In this document: in pieces, positions 37,099 through 46,513 of the stretch
Layout: every line of letters starts with the position of its first letter
How positions within the stretch are numbered: the stretch's first letter is position 1
The notes under the pieces: model-generated
Seen by the model: only the letters and a program-made list of their open reading frames with translations
Database searches by the model: none
Told to the model about the DNA's origin: nothing
Assembly: GCA_964574655.1 (NCBI GenBank)
Contig: CAZNOH010000002.1
Coordinates: 108,596 to 172,595 of the forward strand
From: an uncultured Candidatus Saccharibacteria bacterium
GTDB lineage: Bacteria > Patescibacteriota > JABMPQ01 > JAQVVF01
DNA: 64,000 nucleotides
Direction of reading: 5' to 3'
Made by a program: the position numbers and the translations under genes

Positions 37099-38298
37099 AT
37101 GTCTAACAACTTTTATCTAAAAATTCTCGCCATAATCTCTGCAATCTTCCTGTGGTTTTTTGTTATCAATGAAGGTTTTCAGGTCAATAATCTTGATACT
37201 GAAATTCAAATCAAGGTTCATAATCTTTCCGAAGATTTGATGGTCACAAATAATTTAGAATCAGTCAAATTAAAACTTCGCGCGCCAACTGATGTCTGGC
37301 AAAAAAAAGATATTGCTAGCAAAATAAATGCCTCGATTGATTTGCAATATTTGGATCAAGGCGAATACGAAGTTGAAGTACAAGTAGAAACTTTAGACAA
37401 AAGCATTCAAATAATTGAACAAGATCCTGAATCAGTCCATGTTCTTCTATCTCCGATTATTTCAACTGAGGAACAGATTGAACTGGAAACATCAGGAAAT
37501 CTAGGCAAAGACTATGTTGCCGATAAACCAAAGTTTTCTCAAGAAAAAGCTAACGTAGAAAGCGCCCAAGTTATTTTAGACAAGATTGTCAAAGTTGTCG
37601 CGCCAATAAAATATGATAATGAAATGTCAGAAATAAAAAGAACAGTTGAATTAGAAGCAAGAGATAAAGATAATAAAAAAATTGATAAAGTAAATATCAC
37701 TCCAAAAACAATAGAAGTTATCATTCCAGTTAGTAAAGAAAATGGCGAAAAAACAGTTGGCGTTAAAGCTAATATAATTGGCAATCTTCCAGCAGGTGCA
37801 ACAATTGAAAAAATTGAGACCAATCCATCAACAGTTGTTATTAAAGGCAAAAATGAAAAAATAAAAAATATTGATACGGTTGAAACTAGTCAAATTAATT
37901 TAAGTGAAATAACTGAAGATGTTAATACAAAAACAGTTGGTTTGGAACTGGCAGAAGGAATAGAAGCAAAAGACAATCCGCAAATTACCGTTACGATTTA
38001 TCTTAGCCAAGAAAAAATTTCCAAATCATTTTCCGGAATTATTAAATATAAAAATCTTAGCGACCGATTTAAAGTTGGAGGCATTATGCCAAGCCGTATC
38101 CAATTGACAATTGAAGGCCCTTCTGCTAAAATCAATAGCTTGAATGAAGATCAAGTTTTTGTGGAAATTGATTTAGCAAATAAATCAGAAGGAACTCCAG
38201 AATTCAATATTTCGCCTGAGAGTATTTCTGTGCCATCGGGTATTTCTGTCAAAAGTGTTGAAACAAAAAATGTTAAGGTGATAATAATCAGAAAATAA
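37099..38298 (+). CDS. cdaR: CdaA regulatory protein CdaR (YbbR-like domain repeats)
   Basis: Immediately after cdaA. N-terminal TM followed by repeated YbbR-type beta modules. Assigned by operon context and architecture. Confidence 0.6.
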   Translation: MSNNFYLKILAIISAIFLWFFVINEGFQVNNLDTEIQIKVHNLSEDLMVTNNLESVKLKLRAPTDVWQKKDIASKINASIDLQYLDQGEYEVEVQVETLDKSIQIIEQDPESVHVLLSPIISTEEQIELETSGNLGKDYVADKPKFSQEKANVESAQVILDKIVKVVAPIKYDNEMSEIKRTVELEARDKDNKKIDKVNITPKTIEVIIPVSKENGEKTVGVKANIIGNLPAGATIEKIETNPSTVVIKGKNEKIKNIDTVETSQINLSEITEDVNTKTVGLELAEGIEAKDNPQITVTIYLSQEKISKSFSGIIKYKNLSDRFKVGGIMPSRIQLTIEGPSAKINSLNEDQVFVEIDLANKSEGTPEFNISPESISVPSGISVKSVETKNVKVIIIRK

Positions 38299-38302
38299 TT
38301 CA

Positions 38303-38331
38303 CGTAGAGACGTTGCAATGCAACGTCTCTA
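38303..38331 (+). terminator. perfect palindrome gtagagacgttgca-a-tgcaacgtctctac
   Basis: Read directly, between cdaR and clpP. Confidence 0.55.
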
Positions 38332-38351
38332 CCAAGAAATAATTTTTAAAC

Positions 38352-38924
38352 ATGCTAATCCCAACAGTCATCGAAAAATCTAACTATGGCGAACGTGCCT
38401 ACGATATTTATTCAAGACTTTTGAAAGATAGAATTGTTTTTTTAGGTGGAGAAATTGATGATAATTTAGCTAATACAGTTATCGCTCAATTATTATTCTT
38501 AGAATCAGAAGATAAAACAAAAGATATAAAACTATATATTAATTCAAATGGCGGATCAGTTAGCGCTGGACTAGCAATTTATGATACAATGCAATATATC
38601 AAGCCAGATGTGTCAACTATTTGTGTTGGCTTAGCTGCATCAATGGGAGCAACACTTTTATTAGCTGGCGCAAAAAATAAAAGACTATCTCTGCCAAATT
38701 CGGAAATAATGCTTCACCAAATCATGGGAGGAGTTCAAGGTCAAGCTTCTGATATTGAAATCACTGCCAAACAAATCCTAAAGCTTAAAGAAAGATTGAA
38801 CAAAATTATTGCCAAGCACACTAATCAAAAATTAAGCCAAATTGAGCAAGATACAGACCGAGATTTTTATATGACTGCCGAAGATGCCAAGAAATATGGC
38901 ATCGTTGATCAAATAATAAAATAA
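38352..38924 (+). CDS. clpP: ATP-dependent Clp protease proteolytic subunit
   Basis: [25 protein letters not shown], catalytic Ser in GLAASMGA, and His in MLHQ. Confidence 0.9.
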   Translation: MLIPTVIEKSNYGERAYDIYSRLLKDRIVFLGGEIDDNLANTVIAQLLFLESEDKTKDIKLYINSNGGSVSAGLAIYDTMQYIKPDVSTICVGLAASMGATLLLAGAKNKRLSLPNSEIMLHQIMGGVQGQASDIEITAKQILKLKERLNKIIAKHTNQKLSQIEQDTDRDFYMTAEDAKKYGIVDQIIK

Positions 38925-38926
38925 AA

Positions 38927-39055
38927 ATGAAAAAAATCACCAATATTTTAAGGTCAATGCCAGTCGTTATTATAGGTTTTATTTCTGGTATATTTTTATT
39001 TGGAATCTTGGGTTTGCTTTGGCGAAGAAAGAAGAAGAAAGAAATTAAAAAATAA
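38927..39055 (+). CDS. unannotated small membrane protein (42 aa)
   Basis: MKKITNILRSMPVVIIGFISGIFLFGILGLLWRRKKKKEIKK*. Starts 2 nt after the clpP stop. Below the ORF-track cutoff. Confidence 0.4.
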   Translation: MKKITNILRSMPVVIIGFISGIFLFGILGLLWRRKKKKEIKK

Positions 39056-39071
39056 TTTATTTTATCGCGTA

Positions 39072-39130
39072 GGGGCGGAGTTTATCTCCGCCTTTTTCAA
39101 TAAAAAAAATCTCACCAGGTGGTGAGTTTT
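39072..39130. terminator. convergent terminator pair: ggcggag-tttat-ctccgcc plus T-run (plus strand) and ctcaccaggtggtgag (minus-strand terminator of 39158-39535)
   Basis: Read directly. Confidence 0.55.
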
Positions 39131-39157
39131 ATATTTAAGGTGCATTTTTTAGTTTTT

Positions 39158-39535
39158 TTATCTTGGTACTTCGCGATAAGTAGGTTCACTATGCGGGGTC
39201 AAATCTGCTACAGCAATGATTTTACCATTTTTTCTGCCAATATGAATTGTTACCTGGCATCTTTCTTGCGCTCCGATTATTTCAATAATTTCACGATCAA
39301 AACCTCTCTGTTCCCAACGCGTTCCTCGATAAATACTTACAACAGCTTCATTGCCATCAAAACCAGTAAAGACTCCTTGATAAGACTGAAGATAACCATC
39401 TTTATCAAACTTTCCCATTGATTCTAACTCTTCCGGCGTTCTTGCCCAAAAGGAGCCATCAATGAAAGTTCTTCTTTTAGATTCTGCAAGATGATAAAGA
39501 AAATCCTCATCAATTACAACTTGCAGTTCAGACAC
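39158..39535 (-). CDS. hypothetical protein (125 aa), GTG start
   Basis: SD ggaggaaagaga then GTG. Elevated GC. No recognisable motif. Confidence 0.5.
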   Translation of the reverse strand: MSELQVVIDEDFLYHLAESKRRTFIDGSFWARTPEELESMGKFDKDGYLQSYQGVFTGFDGNEAVVSIYRGTRWEQRGFDREIIEIIGAQERCQVTIHIGRKNGKIIAVADLTPHSEPTYREVPR

Positions 39536-39569
39536 TCTCTTTCCTCCTTTTGTTTCAGACTGGCTTAAA

Positions 39570-39596
39570 TTTATAATATTTTGCCTTAATAGTCAA
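39570..39596 (-). promoter_or_regulatory. sigma70-like promoter (TTGACT ... TATAAA) for 39158-39535
   Basis: The reverse complement reads cttgactattaaggcaaaatattataaattt. Confidence 0.4.
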
Positions 39597-39903
39597 GTTT
39601 GCTTAACCAATCTAACTAGTTTAACTTTTCTAACCAGTCTAACCTTTTAATCTTGCCAAAAAAATTTATTTCTGCTATACTAAAAGAGTTAGATAACAAA
39701 TTCTAACATTATTAAATTAATTAACAGTCGCATCTGTAAATTGTTGAATTAAATCAAAATTTTACTTTAAGAATTATGTTTGATCTTGAAAAACATCTTT
39801 ATTCAAGCCAAAATCACTCAGAAATTACACTTATCAAGCTGATAAGCTCGTTTTAAAACCAAAGAAGAAATTTATTCACTTTTTATGGATGTGATGCAAT
39901 GAA

Positions 39904-41436
39904 ATGAATAGTCTAGTATTAATTGCAGTTGCTTCTGTTCTTGCGCTGGCCTTAGGCCTAGTAATCGGCTACATCTTAAGAAAGCTAATTGCCAAAAGCA
40001 GGCAAGATTCAGTTGAAGCAAAAACTCAAAATTTAGTAGAAACTGCAAAAGTAAAACAAAGAGAAATCCTATTAGAAACAAAGACTCAAGCTCTCGAAAT
40101 TAAAGAAAACGCTGAAAAAGAACAGCGAGAAGGAAGAGCCAAGCTTTTAGATTTTCAAGGAAAATTATCCCAAAGAGAAGGGATTTTGAATCAGAAATTA
40201 GAATCAATATCTCAAAAAGAAGAACAGCTAGAAAAAGGCAATCACACAGTCCAAAGAAAAACTCAAGAATTAGTCGAAATCCGCAAAAAGCAAATGGCAA
40301 CATTAGAAAAAGTTGCTTCTTTATCACGAGAAAAAGCCAAGGAAGTTCTTTTAGAAATGGTTGAAAAAGATCAGCAAGATCGTGTTTTAGAAATTGTCAA
40401 AAGAGCGGAAGACCGTGCCAAGGACGAGGCAGATACAAAGGCTCGCAATATTATTTCCCAAGCTATTGAAAAATATGCTCGATCTCAAGCTTCCGAATCA
40501 ACAGCTACAACCGTATCTTTGCCTTCTGATGAAATGAAGGGCAGAATTATCGGTCGTGAAGGCAGGAACATCAAGAAAATAGAAGAGCTTTGCGGTATTG
40601 AAATTGTTGTTGATGACACGCCAGAGGCAATCGTCATTTCTGGGTTCAATCCAATCAGGCGCCACGTAGCCAAGAGAACATTAGAAAAATTAATTCAAGA
40701 TGGTCGTATTCATCCAGCCAAAATTGAAGAAACAGTTGAGCAGGTCAAAAAAGAGATTGCTCGTGAAATCAAAGAAGCTGGCGAGCAAACAGTTTACGAA
40801 CTTGGTATTGCCGACTTAGATACAAAATTAGTTCAGTTATTAGGTCGTTTGCAATTCAGATCATCTTATGGCCAAAATGTTTTAAAGCACTCAATTGAAG
40901 TTGCGAATTTTTCCAAAATAATCGCTTCCGAGTTAGGAGCTGATGTTGAAATTGCTAAAAGAGCTGGCTTGCTTCATGATATTGGCAAGGCTGTTGATCA
41001 TGAAATTGAAGGAACGCATATTGAAATTGGTAAAAATATCTTGAAAAAGTTTGGCGTTTCCGAAGCAATCATTCATGCAATGGAATGTCATCATGAAGAT
41101 TATGAGCCAAAAACAGTTGAAGCAGTAATCGTTAAAGCTGCTGATGGAATTTCAGGTGCCAGACCAGGAGCTCGAAAAGACACTTATGAAAATTACATAA
41201 AACGTTTAACTGATCTTGAAAACATTGCGTTAAGTTTTGAAGGCGCTGAAAAAGCTTATGCTATTCAAGCTGGCCGTGAAGTTCGTGTTTTTGTCACTCC
41301 TGACCAAGTTGATGATTTAGCGGCTAAGAAATTATCTCAGAACATTGCTGACAAAATAGAAAAAGAATTAAAATATCCAGGCGAAATTAAAATCAGTGTA
41401 ATCCGTGAAACTAGAGCTGTGGATTTTGCTAGATAA
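39904..41436 (+). CDS. rny: ribonuclease Y
   Basis: N-terminal TM, coiled coil, KH domain (GRIIGREGRNIKKIEELCG) and HD domain (LHDIGKAVDHE). Confidence 0.9.
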   Translation: MNSLVLIAVASVLALALGLVIGYILRKLIAKSRQDSVEAKTQNLVETAKVKQREILLETKTQALEIKENAEKEQREGRAKLLDFQGKLSQREGILNQKLESISQKEEQLEKGNHTVQRKTQELVEIRKKQMATLEKVASLSREKAKEVLLEMVEKDQQDRVLEIVKRAEDRAKDEADTKARNIISQAIEKYARSQASESTATTVSLPSDEMKGRIIGREGRNIKKIEELCGIEIVVDDTPEAIVISGFNPIRRHVAKRTLEKLIQDGRIHPAKIEETVEQVKKEIAREIKEAGEQTVYELGIADLDTKLVQLLGRLQFRSSYGQNVLKHSIEVANFSKIIASELGADVEIAKRAGLLHDIGKAVDHEIEGTHIEIGKNILKKFGVSEAIIHAMECHHEDYEPKTVEAVIVKAADGISGARPGARKDTYENYIKRLTDLENIALSFEGAEKAYAIQAGREVRVFVTPDQVDDLAAKKLSQNIADKIEKELKYPGEIKISVIRETRAVDFAR

Positions 41437-41567
41437 AAAAATAACTCGCTAATAGTTTGCGAATATTTGCTAATCTTTTGCTAATAAAGTTTATTTCATG
41501 GTCATTGTCTTTTACTTTATTCGCAAACTATTCGCAAATATTAGCAAATTATTAGCGATCAACTTTT
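41437..41567. repeat. intergenic palindromic element, tagcaaat/atttgcta subfamily
   Basis: It shares tcattgtcttttactttatt and ttagcaaattattagcgat with the copy at 43582-43745. Confidence 0.8.
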
Positions 41568-42359
41568 ATGATAATCTTATTCTTCGGCGATATCGTTGGC
41601 CGTTCAGGACGTAGTGCCATCAAAAAAATATTGCCGGAATTGAAAGCAAAATATAATCCTGATTTAGTAATAGCCAATGGCGAAAATCTCGCCCATGGTC
41701 TTGGCATAACCAAAAAAACTGTCCAAGAAGTTTTAGACGCCGGCGTTGATATTTTAACTTCTGGAAATCATGTCTATGACAAAACAGAAGGGGTTGAAAT
41801 GTTAGACCAAGACAAAGATTTGCCAATCGTTAGACCAGCCAATTATCCAAAAGAAAATCCAGGCAAGTCATACATCATCAAGCAGGTCCGCACCAAAAAA
41901 GTTTTGGTCACTAATGTTCTAGGCCGTGTTTTCATGAAAGAAGATTTAGACTGCCCATTCAAAACTGTTGACTCCATTTTAGAAGAGACAAAAAACGAAA
42001 AAATAGATTTTAGCATTGTAGATTTTCACAAAGAAGCTACGTCAGAAGTAAAAGCATTGGGTTTTTATTTGGACGGAAAAGTTTCTGCTGTCTTAGGTAC
42101 TCATACCCATGTTCAAACTTCTGATGAGGAAGTATTAGAAAAAGGTACTGCCTACATTACTGATGTTGGCATGGTTGGAATCAAGGATTCTGTTTTAGGC
42201 GTTCAAAAAGAAAAAGTCATCAGCCAATTTATGACTCAAATGACTCACAGATGGGAAGTTGATGAAACTGGGAATTGCATTGTTAATGCTGTTGTTCTGG
42301 AATTAGATAAAGATAATAAAACAAAAATTACCAGAATCAATGAAGAAGTAGAGATTTAA
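41568..42359 (+). CDS. ymdB: YmdB-family metallophosphoesterase (TIGR00282, 2',3'-cyclic-nucleotide phosphodiesterase)
   Basis: MIILFFGDIVGRSGR...ANGENLAHGLGIT...TSGNHVYDK. Conserved position after rny. Confidence 0.8.
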   Translation: MIILFFGDIVGRSGRSAIKKILPELKAKYNPDLVIANGENLAHGLGITKKTVQEVLDAGVDILTSGNHVYDKTEGVEMLDQDKDLPIVRPANYPKENPGKSYIIKQVRTKKVLVTNVLGRVFMKEDLDCPFKTVDSILEETKNEKIDFSIVDFHKEATSEVKALGFYLDGKVSAVLGTHTHVQTSDEEVLEKGTAYITDVGMVGIKDSVLGVQKEKVISQFMTQMTHRWEVDETGNCIVNAVVLELDKDNKTKITRINEEVEI

Positions 42360-42510
42360 AGAATAAAAATTCTAAATTCTAAATCCCAAACTCTAAATAA
42401 ATTCAAAATTTAAATTTCCAAAAGTTTCAAAAATTTAGAATTTTGGATTTTATATTTATTTAGAATTTAGAATTTAGTGTTTAGGATTTTTTTTAAAATA
42501 AAAATAATTT
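42360..42510. repeat. intergenic palindromic element, ctaaat/atttag subfamily
   Basis: aaattctaaattctaaatcccaaactctaaataaattcaaaatttaaatttccaaaagtttcaaaaatttagaattttggattttatatttatttagaatttagaatttagtgtttaggatt. Confidence 0.75.
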
Positions 42511-43581
42511 ATGTCAAATAAAACAAATCAACATCCATCAGAATTACGCCAAGACATTGTTTCTAAAAACTGGGTTGTCATTGCATCTGGAAGATCTAAG
42601 AGGCCAAAATCTTATGAAGGTCTTAAATCAGCAGTTTTAGAACAACCAAAAAAAGATTGTCCATTTTGTAATTTCGATAAACAGCAAGATGTCCAAGTCT
42701 CTTTAATCCATAAATTATCACAAAATGATCCTTATGTTAGCGAATTAAAAAAAGAAGGTAATCCTTTGCCGACTTGGAAAAAAGAGCCTTATAGCATTAT
42801 AGATATCCAAAACAAATTTCCTGCTTTTGTGAAAAATGTAAATTTTAAAGAAAAACAAGTTGGGCCGTATAAGGTATTGCCAGGCTATGGTTATCACGAA
42901 GTCATAATTCCAGCATCTCATGACAAAACTTATGGCCAGTTGCCTAATCAGAGAGTGAAAGAAATTATTGATGTTTTTCAAGCTCGCTATCTAGCTTTAG
43001 CAAAAGAACCGCACATTGATTATATTTCCATAATTCATAATCATCGGCCAGAAGCCGGCGCATCTATTGCTCATCCTCATTCACAGCTTTTTGCAATTCC
43101 AGTAATTCCCAAAGACATTAGAAATTCTCTGCATGGTTCTAGGAAATATTTTGAAGAACATGGCAAATGTCCGCATTGTGAAATATTAGAATGGGAAAGA
43201 AAAGAAAAAGCTCGTGTTATTTATGAAAACGAAGATTTTATCTGCGTTTGTCCGTTCACTTCAGTTGTTGCTTTTGAAGTAAGAATTTATCCCAAGCTCC
43301 ACTCGCCATATTTTGAAAGAATTGAAGATAACGAAAAGATAAGTTTAGCTAAAGCCTTGAAAGCTAGTTTAAGCAAAATTTTCAAGGCTTTGAATGATCC
43401 GCCATTCAATTTTTTCATACATACAGCGCCAGCTGATGAGCAAAATCATGATCATTATCATTGGCATATTGAGATATTGCCGAAAGTTACAATTTGGGCA
43501 GGATTTGAATTATCAACCGGAATTGAAATATCAACCGTTGAACCAGAACAAGCAGCAAAAACATTACGCGAGATTAAGTAA
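42511..43581 (+). CDS. galT: galactose-1-phosphate uridylyltransferase-family (HIT-like) enzyme
   Basis: Zinc site CPFCNFD, and later HPHSQLFAIP (the H-P-H-x-Q nucleotidyl-His motif). A second His cluster is HDHYHWHIE. Confidence 0.7.
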   Translation: MSNKTNQHPSELRQDIVSKNWVVIASGRSKRPKSYEGLKSAVLEQPKKDCPFCNFDKQQDVQVSLIHKLSQNDPYVSELKKEGNPLPTWKKEPYSIIDIQNKFPAFVKNVNFKEKQVGPYKVLPGYGYHEVIIPASHDKTYGQLPNQRVKEIIDVFQARYLALAKEPHIDYISIIHNHRPEAGASIAHPHSQLFAIPVIPKDIRNSLHGSRKYFEEHGKCPHCEILEWERKEKARVIYENEDFICVCPFTSVVAFEVRIYPKLHSPYFERIEDNEKISLAKALKASLSKIFKALNDPPFNFFIHTAPADEQNHDHYHWHIEILPKVTIWAGFELSTGIEISTVEPEQAAKTLREIK

Positions 43582-43745
43582 GAAAGTTATTAACATTTGA
43601 TCATTTGCTATTATATTTTGGCTTAGTTATAATAAAAACAACTTCGCTAATCATTTGCTAATACTTGCGAATAATTTGCTAATAAAAATTATTTTATGAT
43701 CATTGTCTTTTACTTTATTAGCAAATTATTAGCGATTAATGAAGG
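43582..43745. repeat. intergenic palindromic element, tagcaaat/atttgcta subfamily (sister copy of 41437-41567)
   Basis: cgctaatcatttgctaatacttgcgaataatttgctaataaaaattattttatgatcattgtcttttactttattagcaaattattagcgat. Confidence 0.8.
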
Positions 43746-43757
43746 GTGGTGATAAAC

Positions 43758-44039
43758 ATGACAAAAATGGCTTTAATTGAAAAATTATCCGCCAAATTAG
43801 GAATCTCAAAAAGAGAAACAGATAAATACATTTCAACATTCATTGAAATTGTTACTGAAGAATTAAAACAAGACAATAAAGTTGCTGTCACTGGTTTCGG
43901 TACTTTCTCAGTTTCAGATAGAAAAGCAAGAGAAGGTGTTAATCCACAAAATCCAAAACAAAGAATCACAATTCCTGCTATGAAATTACCAAAATTTACA
44001 GCCGGAAAAACGCTTAAAGATAATTTACGTGCTATTTAA
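43758..44039 (+). CDS. hup: HU-family DNA-binding protein
   Basis: SD gggtggtga. MTKMALIEKLSAKLGISKRETDKYISTFIEIVTEELK...GFGTFSVSDRKAREGVNPQNPKQRITIPAMKLPKFTAGKTLKD. Confidence 0.85.
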   Translation: MTKMALIEKLSAKLGISKRETDKYISTFIEIVTEELKQDNKVAVTGFGTFSVSDRKAREGVNPQNPKQRITIPAMKLPKFTAGKTLKDNLRAI

Positions 44040-44095
44040 AACTTAAAATTTTAATATATTTTTAAAGACGAGAATTTGCTTCTCGTCTTTTTAAT

Positions 44096-44190
44096 TATTG
44101 CGTTCCGACCCCTGCCATGGGCAGGGTAGAATTTTCGCCCACTTGTCAAAAAAATAGCAACTTCTACCCTCCCCATGGGAGGGGTAAAGA
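44096..44190. terminator. GC-rich compound hairpin region: ccctgcc-atg-ggcaggg, gggtagaa...ttctaccc, ccctccc-cat-gggaggg
   Basis: Read directly. The same ccctgcc/ggcaggg stem occurs after tRNA-Leu at 12128-12146. Confidence 0.5.
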
Positions 44191-44232
44191 AAGTTTTTTT
44201 AGTTTTTTAATTTTTTATGTTAAAATCATTTC

Positions 44233-46422
44233 ATGAATCAAATCCTAGATCAACTTAATCCAATTCAACGCGAGGCTGTTTTGCATCAAAATGGTCCTCT
44301 TTTAATTTTAGCTGGTGCCGGTTCTGGCAAAACAAAAACACTCACTCATCGCATTGCTTATCTGGTTTCGCAAGGCGTTTCGCCTTACCACATTTTAGCA
44401 GTTACTTTTACCAATAAAGCTGCGCAAGAGATGAAAAGCCGTGTTAGTAAATTAATGCGAGGAATTCAGAATAGAGAAAAGAGAATAGAGAAAAAATTCC
44501 CAATCTTGCCAACCTTGCCTATTGGCCAGGCAGGCAACAGACAAGTTCTCAATTCTCAATTCTCAATTCCGTTTCTTGGCACCTTTCATTCAGTTTGCGT
44601 TAAAATATTGCATCATGAAATTCATCATCTCGGTTATAGCAGAAATTTCAATATTTACGATTCCGAAGACCAGCTGTCGGCAATCAAACAATCAATGCGC
44701 AAATTGAATTATAATACTAACGAAATAAATCCAAGAATTATTCACTCAATAATTTCTAGTGCTAAGAATGACCTTTTAGATTTTAATGATTTGAAGAATA
44801 GATCTAACGAATTTATTGAAGAGGTTGCCGGAGAAACTTATGCCGTTTATCAAGCTTTTTTGAAAGAAAATAATGCTTTAGATTTTGATGATTTGATTAT
44901 GATGACAATCAAAATTTTCCAGAAATTTCCAAAAATATTAGCAAAATATCAAAATCAATTCAAATATATTTTAGTCGATGAATATCAGGATACCAACAAA
45001 GCGCAATATTTATTAATTAATCTTTTATCAAAACGCTATCAAAACATTACTGTTGTTGGTGATGACTGGCAATCAATTTATAGCTGGCGCGGCGCTGATA
45101 TTTCTAATATTTTAAATTTTGAAAAAGATTTTAAAAAAGCAAAAACATTAAAACTAGAACAAAATTATCGTTCTACTCAAAATATTCTGGATGTTGCGCA
45201 TTGCATAATCTCCAAAAATAAAAATAAAAAAAACAAAAAATTATGGACAGATAATGAAAAAGGAGATAAGCCAGTTTTGTTTGAAGCCGAAGACGAACGA
45301 GAAGAAGCAAATTACATAATAAACGAAATAAAAGATTCACAACAGCAATATAACAGATTTGTTGTTTTGTATCGCACCAATGCCCAATCACGATCTTTGG
45401 AAGAAAATTTTTTAAAGCATAACATTCCATACAAAATAATCGGTGGCTTAAAATTTTACGAACGAAAGGAAATCAAAGATATTCTTGCTTATCTTAGAGT
45501 TATCAATTCTTTCAAAGACACAGTTGGATTAAGCCGGATAATCAATACTCCGCCAAGAAGAATTGGCGCTAAAACTTTGGGAGCATTAGAAAAATATGCT
45601 AAACAAAATAAAATTGATTATATCAAAGCTTCAATCGCTTCTGAAAATATCTCAGGAGTATCAGCTCAAACCAAAAATAATCTCAACCAATTTGGCTTGA
45701 TTATGGAATATTTGAATAAGAAATCAAAAACAATTAACCTAACTTCTTTAATTGACCTATTATTAGCAAAAATAAATTACAAAGAATTTATTTTAGATGG
45801 AACAGAAGAAGGGGAATATCGTTGGGAGAATGTTCAAGAATTAAAAACTGTTGCTTCAAAATTTGATAAAAACACAGAAGGCTTGTCCAAATTTCTAGAA
45901 GAAGTTGCGCTAGTTTCAGATACAGATGAAGTTAATGACAAAAACAATGCTGTCACTTTAATGACTATGCATGCTACAAAAGGACTGGAATTTAGTAATG
46001 TTTTTATTGTCGGATTAGAAGAAAATCTTTTTCCTCATTCAAGAGCTTTAGCATCGCAAGAAGAGCTTGAAGAGGAGAGAAGATTGTGTTATGTTGCTAT
46101 GACCCGTGCCAAAGAAAAATTATACCTAACTTTTGCTAGAACGCGCGAGATTTATGGTCAAATGCAATCCAATCCGCAATCTCGTTTTATTGAGGATATT
46201 CCCAAAAAAAATCTTAATAGCCATTCAAAAAGTTTTAATGCAAAAACAATTTATCAAGACAATAAAAAAGATTGTGAATTTAAGTCCGGAGACAAGGTCA
46301 GGCATTCGCAATTTGGCAAAGGATTAGTTATTGGCTTTTCCGAAGATTTGATAACAGTAATATTCGAAAAAATTGGAATAAAGAAACTTGCACTTGAATA
46401 TGCCAAGTTGAAAAAATTTTGA
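44233..46422 (+). CDS. pcrA: ATP-dependent DNA helicase PcrA/UvrD family
   Basis: LNPIQREAV, Walker A AGAGSGKTKTLTHRIA, TFTNKAAQEM, GTFHS, VDEYQDTN. It contains an about 29-aa insertion between motifs I and Ia (see findings). Confidence 0.9.
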   Translation: MNQILDQLNPIQREAVLHQNGPLLILAGAGSGKTKTLTHRIAYLVSQGVSPYHILAVTFTNKAAQEMKSRVSKLMRGIQNREKRIEKKFPILPTLPIGQAGNRQVLNSQFSIPFLGTFHSVCVKILHHEIHHLGYSRNFNIYDSEDQLSAIKQSMRKLNYNTNEINPRIIHSIISSAKNDLLDFNDLKNRSNEFIEEVAGETYAVYQAFLKENNALDFDDLIMMTIKIFQKFPKILAKYQNQFKYILVDEYQDTNKAQYLLINLLSKRYQNITVVGDDWQSIYSWRGADISNILNFEKDFKKAKTLKLEQNYRSTQNILDVAHCIISKNKNKKNKKLWTDNEKGDKPVLFEAEDEREEANYIINEIKDSQQQYNRFVVLYRTNAQSRSLEENFLKHNIPYKIIGGLKFYERKEIKDILAYLRVINSFKDTVGLSRIINTPPRRIGAKTLGALEKYAKQNKIDYIKASIASENISGVSAQTKNNLNQFGLIMEYLNKKSKTINLTSLIDLLLAKINYKEFILDGTEEGEYRWENVQELKTVASKFDKNTEGLSKFLEEVALVSDTDEVNDKNNAVTLMTMHATKGLEFSNVFIVGLEENLFPHSRALASQEELEEERRLCYVAMTRAKEKLYLTFARTREIYGQMQSNPQSRFIEDIPKKNLNSHSKSFNAKTIYQDNKKDCEFKSGDKVRHSQFGKGLVIGFSEDLITVIFEKIGIKKLALEYAKLKKF

Positions 46423-46425
46423 ATA

Positions 46426-46513
46426 TTCTACCTGGCTTTAGCCAAGGGGTTAAAGGACTTTAGTCCTCGTTGGAGCTAAAGCTCCACGACCCTTCGGCTA
46501 AAGCCGAGTAGAA
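46426..46513. other. structured element: four consecutive mini-hairpins with cTTTAg/cTAAAg loops, enclosed by the outer stem ttctac/gtagaa
   Basis: ggctttagcc, ggactttagtcc, ggagctaaagctcc, cggctaaagccg. Hairpins 1/4 and 2/3 are mutual reverse complements. Confidence 0.6.

Noticed and set aside
39119-39421. Track ORF 39119-39421 (+, 100 aa).
   Set aside because: It is antisense to the better-supported 39158-39535 gene, which has an SD, a promoter and a terminator. The translation is hydrophobic low complexity.
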